Shown here: positions 7,142 through 16,220 of the stretch, one piece after another
How the letters are laid out: every line of letters begins with the position of its first letter
Numbering within the stretch: position 1 is the first letter of the stretch
From: Candidatus Poribacteria bacterium
Lineage (GTDB): Bacteria > Poribacteria > WGA-4E > WGA-3G
Assembly (NCBI GenBank): GCA_965197475.1
Contig: CBDANF010000002.1
Span: 960,001 to 1,024,000, forward strand
Direction: 5' to 3'
DNA length: 64,000 nt
Made by a program: the position numbers and the translations under genes
The notes under the pieces: model-generated
Seen by the model: the letters and a program-made list of their open reading frames with translations, nothing else
Databases searched by the model: none
Told to the model about the DNA's origin: nothing

Positions 7142-8479
7142 ATGAAAACGATACTATTTCTCATACTTTTACTATTAGCTTTTGTAACACTTACGTTTGT
7201 GCCGAATAGTTTTGCACAAGACGCTGCAGATGAAGTTATCTCAATACCGGACCCAACTTTAAAAGCGAGACTCTGTAAAGTATTTAATAAGCCATCTAAT
7301 TGCATAATCACAAAACAGGATATGGAAGGGTTAACGGAACTTGACATCATTGTCCTTAACCCCAGTGATGTCAGAGACAAAAACATTATAGGGCTTGAAT
7401 ACGCAATTAATTTAACAAAGTTTGAAATCCATCGCACGTATGTTAGCGATATAATGCCACTCTCAGGGTTAACAAAATTAACATGGTTACAGATGGCTGC
7501 TAATAAAATCATGGACATCAAACCCTTGGCAGAATTGACAAATCTGGAATTTTTACACTTGTCGACCAATAAAATTAGTGATGTCACACCCCTATCAGGG
7601 CTAACAAAATTAACAGGATTATTGCTTAGCAATAATCAAATCACGGACATCAGTCCGCTTGCCGAGTTGACAAATCTGAAGAATTTATGGCTTGATGGTA
7701 ATCAAATCATAGACATCAGTCCGCTTACTGCTTTGACAAATTTGACGCTTTTAGGTCTTAATGGTAATCAAATCATAGACATCAGTCCGCTTACTGCTTT
7801 GACAAATTTGACGCTTTTAGGTCTTAATGGTAATCAAATCACAGACACGGACCTTAACCTCCTCACTGTGTTTACAAATCTGACAAATTTAAGACTTAAT
7901 GATAATCAAATCACGGACATCAGTCCGCTTGCCGAGTTGACAAATCTGAAGTGGTTAAGTCTTCATGGCAACCAAATTAGCGATGTGAGCCCTCTTACAG
8001 AACTCACAAATCTCAAAACATTAAGAATTTACGACAATCCGATTAAGAACCGAAAACCGCTCCTCGCGCTATTGCAACAGAATCCGGGTATAAAAATTTA
8101 TCTTAAAAACAGTAGGGAAGCACTGCCAGTTACCCTATCCCATTTCAGTGCCGAACACACCGATGCAGGCATTATCCTCAAATGGACAACGGAGTCAGAG
8201 GTAGATAACGCGGGTTTTTATATCTACCGCAGCAAAACAAAGGACGGTGAATTCAAGGTTGTCAACACCGAACTCATTCAAGGTGCTGGCACTACAGGTG
8301 AACGCAATGAATACACGTGGACAGATACCACCGCTAAACCGCATACCTTCTACTATTATCGGATAGAAGATGTGTCGTATGCTGGAGAACAGGAGCAGTT
8401 GGCAACCGTTCGGTTGAGAGGGTTTGTATCCGCAAGCGGTAAACGGACTACAAGTTGGGCAGATTTGAAATCCCAGTAG
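7142..8479 (+). CDS. Secreted internalin-like leucine-rich-repeat protein with C-terminal Ig/FN3-like domain
   Basis: Signal peptide, IPDPTLK cap, about ten 22-aa LxxLxLxxNQIxDISPL repeats, and an LPVTLSHF...WTTESEVDNAGF...TTSWADLK tail. Confidence 0.9.
   Translation: MKTILFLILLLLAFVTLTFVPNSFAQDAADEVISIPDPTLKARLCKVFNKPSNCIITKQDMEGLTELDIIVLNPSDVRDKNIIGLEYAINLTKFEIHRTYVSDIMPLSGLTKLTWLQMAANKIMDIKPLAELTNLEFLHLSTNKISDVTPLSGLTKLTGLLLSNNQITDISPLAELTNLKNLWLDGNQIIDISPLTALTNLTLLGLNGNQIIDISPLTALTNLTLLGLNGNQITDTDLNLLTVFTNLTNLRLNDNQITDISPLAELTNLKWLSLHGNQISDVSPLTELTNLKTLRIYDNPIKNRKPLLALLQQNPGIKIYLKNSREALPVTLSHFSAEHTDAGIILKWTTESEVDNAGFYIYRSKTKDGEFKVVNTELIQGAGTTGERNEYTWTDTTAKPHTFYYYRIEDVSYAGEQEQLATVRLRGFVSASGKRTTSWADLKSQ
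7695..7841 (+). repeat. Exact 66-bp tandem duplication inside the LRR gene
   Basis: Units 7695-7760 and 7761-7826 are identical, with a partial third unit to 7841. Segments 7632-7681 and 7902-7951 are also identical. Confidence 0.85.
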
Positions 8480-8493
8480 TAATTTCTATAGTT

Positions 8494-8544
8494 CGTAGGT
8501 TGGCTAAGCGTAAGCGAAATCCAGTAAACGAAACCTAACCTACG
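8494..8544. repeat. REP-like doublet (CGTAGGTTGG...CTAACCTACG) between convergent genes
   Basis: Inverted arms beginning with GTAG. The family recurs near 30283-30373, 46120-46137 and 57182-57340. Confidence 0.65.
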
Positions 8545-8605
8545 ACTTTTACAAATCCCTTGGACAAGGAAGATTTAGGAGTTTCTTCAAAGGCACAATC
8601 AATGG

Positions 8606-9658
8606 CTATTTGTTCTCTTCGGGAAATGGCGCGCGGATGTCATATCGCCCCTCAACAAATACCGGTAACTTTCCACCTTCAACCAAAAGATCAAGCGGGT
8701 TCGGGCGCGTCGTTAAGGGGAAGGTTACTACGTTCTGAATACGCAACGATTCGTAAAACGCCATTAGGATTTCTATTGTGCAGAGTCCATGTCTGCCTGC
8801 ATTGCGGTGCTCTTCAACATCGCCTTCAATCCATGCCAACATTTCTGAAAACTGATTCGGTTCGCTTTGGCGCGGTTTGATGGTCTGCCATCCTGAGGCT
8901 TTGCTATTCAGGAGTTCAATCGTGCCATCACCACCACGGCGGAGTTGACCATCATTGCCATACACAGCATCGCCACGAAGTCCCGGTCCCGGCAAATCAC
9001 TTTCATAGATGCCACGGATACCGCCTTCAAAGCAGATTTCCGCCATGCATAGGTCTTCGGTTCGGACACGGCGTTCCCAACGATCAGTTTTGCGTGCAAC
9101 CTGACCAATAAGCCATTGTGGTTCAGGATCACCGAGAATAAAACGCATTTCGTCAATCTCGTGTGTGCCGCGATTTAGTAATCCGTGCCCATCGCGACGT
9201 AGCATTGCTTGGGGTTGACCAATCGCCCCCTCTTGGATAAGTCGGCGTGCTTCGCAATTCTGACCGCTGAAGCGTCTCTGATGTCCGACAACCAATTTCG
9301 TGCCGTTCTTTTCGCAGGCATCCATCATGTCTTGTGCATCGCCAACTGAAGCTGCCATAGGTTTTTCAGTGATAACACCCAATGCTCCATTTTCAGCTGC
9401 GGCAATTGTCGGTGCTGCCCGCACACTCTGCCATGTGGTGATACTAACAATATCAAGTTCCTCTTTCTGGCACATTTCTTCAAAATCAGTGTAATGTGTT
9501 GGGAGTGAGAACTCATCAGCAAATTTTGCGGTGGAGTCGGCACTGATATCTGATGCGGTGACAACTTTGGCACGACCTGAACCGTTCCAACTCCGTGCAT
9601 GGGCACGCCCCATGCCACCACAACCGATTATGCCTACACGATATGTTTTTTCTGCCAT
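8606..9658 (-). CDS. Gfo/Idh/MocA family oxidoreductase
   Basis: GIIGCGGMG Rossmann motif, EKPMA, GHQRRF, GTHEID. Confidence 0.9.
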   Translation of the reverse strand: MAEKTYRVGIIGCGGMGRAHARSWNGSGRAKVVTASDISADSTAKFADEFSLPTHYTDFEEMCQKEELDIVSITTWQSVRAAPTIAAAENGALGVITEKPMAASVGDAQDMMDACEKNGTKLVVGHQRRFSGQNCEARRLIQEGAIGQPQAMLRRDGHGLLNRGTHEIDEMRFILGDPEPQWLIGQVARKTDRWERRVRTEDLCMAEICFEGGIRGIYESDLPGPGLRGDAVYGNDGQLRRGGDGTIELLNSKASGWQTIKPRQSEPNQFSEMLAWIEGDVEEHRNAGRHGLCTIEILMAFYESLRIQNVVTFPLTTRPNPLDLLVEGGKLPVFVEGRYDIRAPFPEENK

Positions 9659-9759
9659 CTGTTTACCTCAAATAAGAAATATATGTTAATACTAACGTCA
9701 AGTTTATCAGAAATTGATACGCGATGCAAGTTAATTGTAAGAGGTCCTATGTATGACCC

Positions 9760-9788
9760 TTGACATCAACATAAATCTGTAATATACT
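9760..9788 (+). promoter_or_regulatory. sigma70 promoter upstream of murA
   Basis: TTGACA-N17-TATACT. Confidence 0.7.
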
Positions 9789-10188
9789 TAAAATATGATA
9801 CTTAATTCTTGATACTGGGAGATGTAACACGATGCAGAAAAAATACAGTCTGCGCCGACGATAATCTATCCGGAATTGGATGGGAAGCCTGCGGAAATTG
9901 AAAATCTTCGATCGGAAAGGAGTGATTGAATTCGGGTATACCCTCTGTAGGTGTGACTTCCCGGTCGCGCCCCTCTAAATGCAAAGAAGACTTAGCAATT
10001 GAACTGCTCCGATCAGAAACAATAAAATAACATGTGTCTATTTTACTACAATTTCCACAAGACGTTTTTCAATGTACGCTTATTTTGTAACAAGTACACT
10101 GTTGGCATCGTTTATGCAAGACAATAAATAAGAAAAAGTTAAAAATTCTCGATGTGTATACCGGTTAGGTATTGATGAAGGAGAAAAA

Positions 10189-11460
10189 ATGCAAAAATTA
10201 ATAATCAACGGTGATACAAGACTTGAAGGTAAAGTTCAGATAAGTGGTTCAAAAAATGCTGTCTTACCTATCGCAGTCGCTGCTGCCATCCTTGGCGATA
10301 GTGTCAGTGTGCTTCACAATGTCCCAAACCTTACAGACGTAAAAACGCTTAGTGCAGTCCTTGAAGGTCTTGGTGCTTCAATAACACGAAAAAACAGTTC
10401 CCTCTACATTGAGCCGATAAACCGCATGGAGTACGAAGCACCCTACGATCTGGTGCGAAAGATGCGCGCATCCATATATGTTTTGGGACCGCTTGTTGCC
10501 AAACTCGGGCGCGCAAAGGTTTCTTTCCCTGGTGGGTGTGCTATCGGTCCGCGACCGGTTGATTTACACATCAAAGGTTTAGAGCATTTAGGTGCGCAAG
10601 TTGAGGTTAAAAAGGGTTATATCTACGCCCAGGCGGAGCGATTGGTCGGTGCCGAGATGGATTTAATTGGTCACCACGGTCCGAGCGTTGGGGCAACGGC
10701 AAACGTTATGATGGCGGCAACCTTAGCCGAAGGGACAACCGTTATCCGCGGTGCTGCGCGTGAACCTCACATCACTGATCTTGCCAAATTCCTCAATGCT
10801 ATGGGGGCAGATATAGAAGGTATCGGTACTTCTGTTTTAACAATTCAAGGTGTCAAACAGTTGCGTGGTACCGAACATCAGGTTATCTCAGACGATATTG
10901 AAGCAGGCACTTTTATGGTTGCAAGTGCAATCACTAACGGTGATGTTTTCGTGGAAGGTGTCACCCATCAACAAATCCACACTGTTGCAGAGAAACTAAC
11001 AGAAGCTGGCGTGCAATTAGATTGGGGTGACATAGGTGTACGCGTCACATCGCCTCGCAAACTCAAATCGATAGATGTCACCACCGCTCCATTCCCAGGA
11101 TTTCCCACAGATATGCAGGCACAGATGATGGGGCTGCTCACGCTCGCGTCAGGAACAAGTACTATCACCGAAAATGTTCACACTGATCGTTTCATACATG
11201 CCGCAGAACTCAACCGTATGGGTGCTGATATCAGGCTTGAGGGGCGCAAATCTGTTATTCATGGTGTTCCGTTCCTCAGTGGTGCACCGGTAATGGCTTC
11301 CGATCTGCGTGCTGGTGCTGTGCTTGTCGTTGCTGGAATGGCAGCTGCTGGCGAAACTGTTGTCTCGCGTGTTTACCATATTGACAGAGGTTATGAAGCA
11401 ATCGAGAAAAAACTCAACAATCTCGGTGCGGATATTGTCAGGGTCAATGACAGTGAATGA
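10189..11460 (+). CDS. murA: UDP-N-acetylglucosamine 1-carboxyvinyltransferase
   Basis: SGSKNAVLP, PGGCAIGPRPVDLH with catalytic Cys, PGFPTDMQ, SDLRAGA, HIDRGY. Confidence 0.97.
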   Translation: MQKLIINGDTRLEGKVQISGSKNAVLPIAVAAAILGDSVSVLHNVPNLTDVKTLSAVLEGLGASITRKNSSLYIEPINRMEYEAPYDLVRKMRASIYVLGPLVAKLGRAKVSFPGGCAIGPRPVDLHIKGLEHLGAQVEVKKGYIYAQAERLVGAEMDLIGHHGPSVGATANVMMAATLAEGTTVIRGAAREPHITDLAKFLNAMGADIEGIGTSVLTIQGVKQLRGTEHQVISDDIEAGTFMVASAITNGDVFVEGVTHQQIHTVAEKLTEAGVQLDWGDIGVRVTSPRKLKSIDVTTAPFPGFPTDMQAQMMGLLTLASGTSTITENVHTDRFIHAAELNRMGADIRLEGRKSVIHGVPFLSGAPVMASDLRAGAVLVVAGMAAAGETVVSRVYHIDRGYEAIEKKLNNLGADIVRVNDSE

Positions 11461-11484
11461 GTCGTGTATGTATTGTAGGTTTAT

Positions 11485-11578
11485 ATGTTGCGAATTGTTG
11501 ATACACAAACCTTGTAAGCCCAATTGAAAGAACTAATACAAAACTAATACCATGTTGCGAATTGTTGATACACAAACC
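11485..11578 (+). repeat. 27-bp direct duplication of the hisD start
   Basis: ATGTTGCGAATTGTTGATACACAAACC at 11485-11511 and 11552-11578. Confidence 0.9.
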
Positions 11579-12850
11579 CCCGAAAGTAAAGCCTTTCTTG
11601 CAAAACTAAACGAGCGAGGCAGGTTAACAGATGAAAATATTCTAAGAACTGTTCGCCGTACGCTGAGCGATGTGCAAGCAGAAGGCGATAAAGCTGTGGC
11701 TCGGTATACTCGCAAACTTGATTCCCCGCGACTTTCTACCAAAGGACTAAAGGTTCAACAGAAAGAATTTAAACAAGCATATACTGAAGTCCCTTCAGAT
11801 TTTATTGAGGCAATTGCACACGCTAAGAAGAACATTGAAAGTTTCCATCAAAAGCAGATGCAAACTTCTTGGGTCTCCACAGAGGCAGATGGAGTCTTAT
11901 TAGGACATCTCATCCGTCCCCTAAAGCGTATCGGAGTTTGTGTTCCCTCTGTTAGTCAACTCCTGGTTTCATCGCTGCTCATGAACGTAATACCTGCAAT
12001 TGTTGCTGGCGTTGAGGAAATTGCTGTTTGCATGGGACCCATGCGGAATCGTCAGATCAACCCACACATGTTGGTCGCAGCTGCAGAATGTGGCATGGAT
12101 GAGATTTACAAATGTGGTGGTGCACAAGCGGTCGGAGCGATGGCTTACGGCACGGCAACCATCTCCCCAGTTGATAAGATTGTCGGTCCTGGCAACCTGT
12201 ACGTCCAACTTGCCAAAAAAGAGGTTTACGGACACGTTGATATTGACAAATTAGCCGGACCAAGCGAAATCCTCGTCATTGCCGACAGCACTGCAGACCC
12301 CGATTATGTTGCCGCTGATCTTATTTCACAAGCCGAACACGGACCGGAGTGTTCAGCAATTCTTGTAACCCCTTCACGTGGATTTGCTGAACAGGTTAAA
12401 GCGGCAATTGAACTCCAGGCGCAAACTCTCCCTCGACAATATGAACTTGTAAAGGCTTTTGAAAATTACGGTGCCGCGTTTGTTGTCGAAGATTTAGCGG
12501 AAGCGGTTTCCTTTGCTAACCAAATTGCACCTGAGCACGTTGAATTACACGTTGAAAATCCATTAAACTGGATCGGTGAAATTCGAAATGCAGGTGCTAT
12601 CCTTGTGGGTCCTTATTCTCCTGAAGCTGTAGGGGATTACATTGCAGGACCAAATCACATCCTCCCTACAGGCACAGCAGCGCGCTACGCCTCTCCATTA
12701 AGCGTTCACGATTTTCTTAAAAAGACAAGCCTCATTTCTTACACCAAAACCGCTTTAGAGAAGGTTACACCAGATGTTGTGAAACTTGCAGAAGTAGAGG
12801 GTTTAGAGGGTCATGCCGCAGCCATGAAAATCCGATTTGAAGACGATTAG
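11552..12850 (+). CDS. hisD: Histidinol dehydrogenase
   Basis: GGAQAVGAMAYGT, DKIVGPGN, AGPSE, DLISQAEH, APEH, GDYIAGPNHILPT. Confidence 0.97.
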   Translation: MLRIVDTQTPESKAFLAKLNERGRLTDENILRTVRRTLSDVQAEGDKAVARYTRKLDSPRLSTKGLKVQQKEFKQAYTEVPSDFIEAIAHAKKNIESFHQKQMQTSWVSTEADGVLLGHLIRPLKRIGVCVPSVSQLLVSSLLMNVIPAIVAGVEEIAVCMGPMRNRQINPHMLVAAAECGMDEIYKCGGAQAVGAMAYGTATISPVDKIVGPGNLYVQLAKKEVYGHVDIDKLAGPSEILVIADSTADPDYVAADLISQAEHGPECSAILVTPSRGFAEQVKAAIELQAQTLPRQYELVKAFENYGAAFVVEDLAEAVSFANQIAPEHVELHVENPLNWIGEIRNAGAILVGPYSPEAVGDYIAGPNHILPTGTAARYASPLSVHDFLKKTSLISYTKTALEKVTPDVVKLAEVEGLEGHAAAMKIRFEDD

Positions 12851-12896
12851 TCCGAACACGCCGCATTGTAGGAGGGCTTGTCAGCCCGATTTATTT

Positions 12897-13565
12897 ATGA
12901 AAACCAATATGCTTTCGAAACAGATCTCTCCAGTCGCCACATTCTCAATCGTTGGATATGATCTAAACAATGGTGATTTGGGAATTGCCGTGCAATCAAA
13001 GTTTTTTGCTGTCGGTGCAGTAGTGCCGTGGGCAGAAACTGGCGTTGGTGCTATTGCAACACAATCCTGGGCAAATACGACTTTTGGACCCAGAGGATTG
13101 GAATTGCTTAAGATTGGACTTTCAGCACAACAGACCTTAGACCATCTCATCAAGGACGATTCTGGACGGAAAACACGGCAGGTTGGTATCGTTGATGCAA
13201 ATGGTAACGTTGCAAACTATACAGGTGAAGAATGCCACGGTTGGGCAGGTGCTGTTTCGGGCAAAAATTACACTGCACAAGGTAATATCCTTGCTGGACA
13301 GGATGTTGTCAAAGCGATGGGAACAGCGTTTGAAAAAATGGAAGGCGAATTGGCGGATAAATTGATGGCTGCACTCTTTGCTGGACAGGAAAACGGCGGT
13401 GACAAACGGGGACAGCAGTCCGCTGCGCTGCTCGTTGTTAGAAAAAAGGGGGGTTATGGCGGTTTCAATGACCGTTACATTGACCTACGTGTTGACGATG
13501 CTGAAAAACCGATCCAGGAACTTCAGCGGCTCTTAGAAATCCATAAAAAATTCTTTCCACGATAA
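12897..13565 (+). CDS. DUF1028 family protein (Ntn-hydrolase-like)
   Basis: TFSIVG, GIAVQSKFFAVGAVVPW, GAIATQS, GGDKRGQQSAAL, DLRVDD. The start is uncertain because the longer ORF start runs through a REP. Confidence 0.85.
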   Translation: MKTNMLSKQISPVATFSIVGYDLNNGDLGIAVQSKFFAVGAVVPWAETGVGAIATQSWANTTFGPRGLELLKIGLSAQQTLDHLIKDDSGRKTRQVGIVDANGNVANYTGEECHGWAGAVSGKNYTAQGNILAGQDVVKAMGTAFEKMEGELADKLMAALFAGQENGGDKRGQQSAALLVVRKKGGYGGFNDRYIDLRVDDAEKPIQELQRLLEIHKKFFPR

Positions 13566-13698
13566 TCGCACCTCTACCCTATGAATCAACGCTGAATACG
13601 CATAAGGCATTTTGCGGGGCGCGACCGAGAGGTCACTCCTACAAAATCTGAGCAAATCCAAGATTCATACAAATTGACAATATTGACACCCTTCATAA

Positions 13699-14210
13699 GG
13701 GTATGTAAAGTTTTTGGCAATTTCTGAATCGCGGATTATGCGGATTGCACCAAATCAACGGTATGAATGCCTTTTGGCATTCCCCGGATTGCGCGGATTT
13801 TGGGAACTTGATGTCAAATCAATTGCAAATGCGCGCTTGATATTGGAAATCGGGGTTGAAAACCCATAACTTTCAATTTAGCGTGTGCTATAGTCAAAAC
13901 GATATTGATTTCCAAAGGCAGCAGCACCAACGGTGCGGAAGGTGTATAGAAAACGGTGTCAAACCTTCTTTAGCCCCAGCGGGGCGAAAGTTGTCCGATT
14001 TCGGTATATTACTTGGGTTCTACACCTTTCGCCCCGCTGGGGCTTATTGGATCATTCCTATGCAGGTTTTATACACCTTTCGCCCCGCTGGGGCTAAAAC
14101 ACATGTAAAATATAGGTTAAAATCCTTAAGTTGACAGTTATGGAAATCGGGGTTGAAAACCCCTCCTACAAGAGAAAGGGAATGGTTAATGCCAAAAACT
14201 TTACACACCC
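13699..14210. mobile_element. 512-bp MITE with 21-bp TIRs and 8-bp target duplication (IS256-like ends)
   Basis: GGGTATGTAAAGTTTTTGGCA ... TGCCAAAAACTTTACACACCC, with CTTCATAA at 13691-98 and 14211-18. No transposase inside. Confidence 0.9.
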
Positions 14211-14226
14211 CTTCATAATCGGTATT

Positions 14227-14255
14227 TTGACTTTTCTCTCAAAATGTGGTATCAT
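14227..14255 (+). promoter_or_regulatory. sigma70 promoter with extended -10
   Basis: TTGACT-N17-TATCAT, with TG upstream of the -10. Confidence 0.55.
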
Positions 14256-14352
14256 TTTATCCATTAACTGCGGTGGAGAAAAGAGTCTTCACCCACTATC
14301 CCATCATTATTTCTACAAATATATCATCTTTAGAAAAATCTGTTGAGGTACA

Positions 14353-14550
14353 ATGATGCAAAAACAGAAGCGGATCATAGCTATAGTGTTAGCCTGCTGC
14401 TTGTTACTTTGTGCAGTTCTTGTTTCAAATTATGCTTTCGGTCTGACAGGCGCGTTGGCTAACCTCTTTCCGATAAGCATACCGTTAGCGAGTTTCGAAC
14501 AGTTTCACGTCATCGCCCACGATAACTACTCCTATCATTTACCACCATGA
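14353..14550 (+). CDS. Small putative exported/membrane peptide (possibly truncated gene)
   Basis: GAGG RBS, upstream promoter and a signal-peptide-like N terminus. Overlaps the convergent gene by 16 bp. Confidence 0.4.
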   Translation: MMQKQKRIIAIVLACCLLLCAVLVSNYAFGLTGALANLFPISIPLASFEQFHVIAHDNYSYHLPP

Positions 14551-15029
14551 TGTGTGTCTAATTCCTCTTTTTGCTCTAAAACAAGCGGGGGACGATTGAA
14601 ACGCTCACGAATCTTGTTCGCAGCTAAGAAAATGGCACGCATACGAATGATACGACGTGCCAACCGCTTTTTCCCCGGAAAATCGCTGATAATCAACCCC
14701 GATAAAATTGTTAATAAACCCTGTCCTGGGACTCCGGGTACCGCCAAAAGTGCTCCTACAACAATCAGCATACCCCCCACCAGATTTTTCAACAAAGAGA
14801 CAAAGAAACGTAAAACCGGATTTTTAATGGGGCGAACCCGCTTTGTTTCGTCGAAATAGTCCGGCGGCAGGAACGTTATCAACGCAGCACACCCGACAAT
14901 GCTCAACACTAAACTTGTTCCTGAGAAAATCCCCACAAATAGCCAGTGGTTTGCTATTAACTGCAAAAAAAGTAAAAACCACCCACTGATTACTTGCCAA
15001 CAAATTTTTAACGCATCAATCAACCACAA
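14535..15029 (-). CDS. PGPGW-family membrane protein
   Basis: Hydrophobic helices and the motif KNLVG...VPGVPGQGLLTIL.GL...DFPGK. Confidence 0.75.
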   Translation of the reverse strand: MWLIDALKICWQVISGWFLLFLQLIANHWLFVGIFSGTSLVLSIVGCAALITFLPPDYFDETKRVRPIKNPVLRFFVSLLKNLVGGMLIVVGALLAVPGVPGQGLLTILSGLIISDFPGKKRLARRIIRMRAIFLAANKIRERFNRPPLVLEQKEELDTHHGGK

Positions 15030-15049
15030 GGGGTTTTTCTCCTAACACA

Positions 15050-15820
15050 CTATCGGCGCGAGATAGCACCGCCATCAACTGTCAAAATATCTCCGCTAAT
15101 ATAGCCAGCTTCATCCGAAGCGAGGAACAACACTGCTCCGATATAATCCCATACCGTAGCACGTCGCTCAAGTGGCGCATCCGGTGAAGCAGGTAGCAAT
15201 TCTGGAAGACTATTATCTTTAGGTAAATCTTGGGGAGCGTTCATTCCTGTCGGTGCACCACCGCCGGGTGCAACAGCATTCACAGTAATACCGTGCGGAC
15301 GAAGTTCTAACGCCAAGCTACGTGTCAATCTATTTACTGCTGCTTTGCTCACGCAATAACTTAAGACCCCGACATGTGATTCCTCAGCAAAGATAGACGA
15401 ATTATTTATGATCCGTCCCCGTATCTCCTGTGTTATCATTACCTTAGCAACTGCCTGTGCACACAGCAGACACCCCTTTACATTAACCGCCATCACGTTG
15501 TCAAAACCTTCTGCTGTCAACTCAAAAAGTGTTTGGCGATTAATAATTCCGGCGTTGTTGAAGAGAATATCAATTCGTTTGAATGTGTCCAATGTCGTCC
15601 CAACGGCAGCCTGAACCTGTGCAGGAACTGTGACATCTAATGGTACTGCAATCGCCTGTTCACCTTCAGCGCGAATTTCTGCGGCAACAGCATCGGCATT
15701 TCTGCCACCTGCGACTACTACTGACGCACCTTCACGCGCAAATGCTAAACAAGCAGCTCTCCCAATACCTAAAGGTCCGCCACCGCCTGTTACAAATGCT
15801 ACCCGATTTTCAAAACGCAT
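15050..15820 (-). CDS. SDR family oxidoreductase
   Basis: TGGGGPLGIG, NNAG, YCVSK. Confidence 0.92.
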   Translation of the reverse strand: MRFENRVAFVTGGGGPLGIGRAACLAFAREGASVVVAGGRNADAVAAEIRAEGEQAIAVPLDVTVPAQVQAAVGTTLDTFKRIDILFNNAGIINRQTLFELTAEGFDNVMAVNVKGCLLCAQAVAKVMITQEIRGRIINNSSIFAEESHVGVLSYCVSKAAVNRLTRSLALELRPHGITVNAVAPGGGAPTGMNAPQDLPKDNSLPELLPASPDAPLERRATVWDYIGAVLFLASDEAGYISGDILTVDGGAISRR

Positions 15821-15852
15821 CCGTTCCTTCTCCTAAAGTTGTCAACTTCTTT

Positions 15853-16185
15853 TCAGGCAAGTTTGCGGCGATGCTCCGCTAAATCTTCTCGCACTATCTT
15901 AGCGATTTCAGGTCCAATTTCCTCAAGTATTTCTTCTAACCCTTCCTTTTGGATAGAAACTGTGGGAATGAATGCACCCTTATCTAAGTCAATGGGGAAA
16001 CCTTCCTTTTGTTCAACACCGTTGCGGGCGAACCTAACTCGCGCCAAGAATAGCGGTCCGTAACCGTCTTCATACTGGAGTTCCACACGAAGGAATTCAA
16101 TAGCATCAGTACCTAGTACACGCCCGGATAGGTCAAGTGTCTTAATAGTGAGGTTGAACGAGGACTTAACTTTGTATCTGTTCAT
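15853..16185 (-). CDS. Hypothetical protein, candidate partner of the upstream ART-like protein
   Basis: Begins 36 bp downstream of the ART-like gene on the same strand, with AGGGG RBS before MNRYKVK. No recognisable motif. Confidence 0.6.
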   Translation of the reverse strand: MNRYKVKSSFNLTIKTLDLSGRVLGTDAIEFLRVELQYEDGYGPLFLARVRFARNGVEQKEGFPIDLDKGAFIPTVSIQKEGLEEILEEIGPEIAKIVREDLAEHRRKLA

Positions 16186-16220
16186 GAGTGTACCCCTATT
16201 GGTTATCAAGGGTTGTGAAT

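Noticed and set aside
9790-10188. Long murA leader as a possible riboswitch
   Set aside because: No recognisable aptamer motif or terminator. Part of the length is explained by a REP unit near 9946-9972.
13960-14100. Three CGCCCCGCTGGGGCT repeats resembling a mini CRISPR array
   Set aside because: One copy is inverted, there are only three units, they lie inside a TSD-flanked MITE, and no cas genes are in the window.
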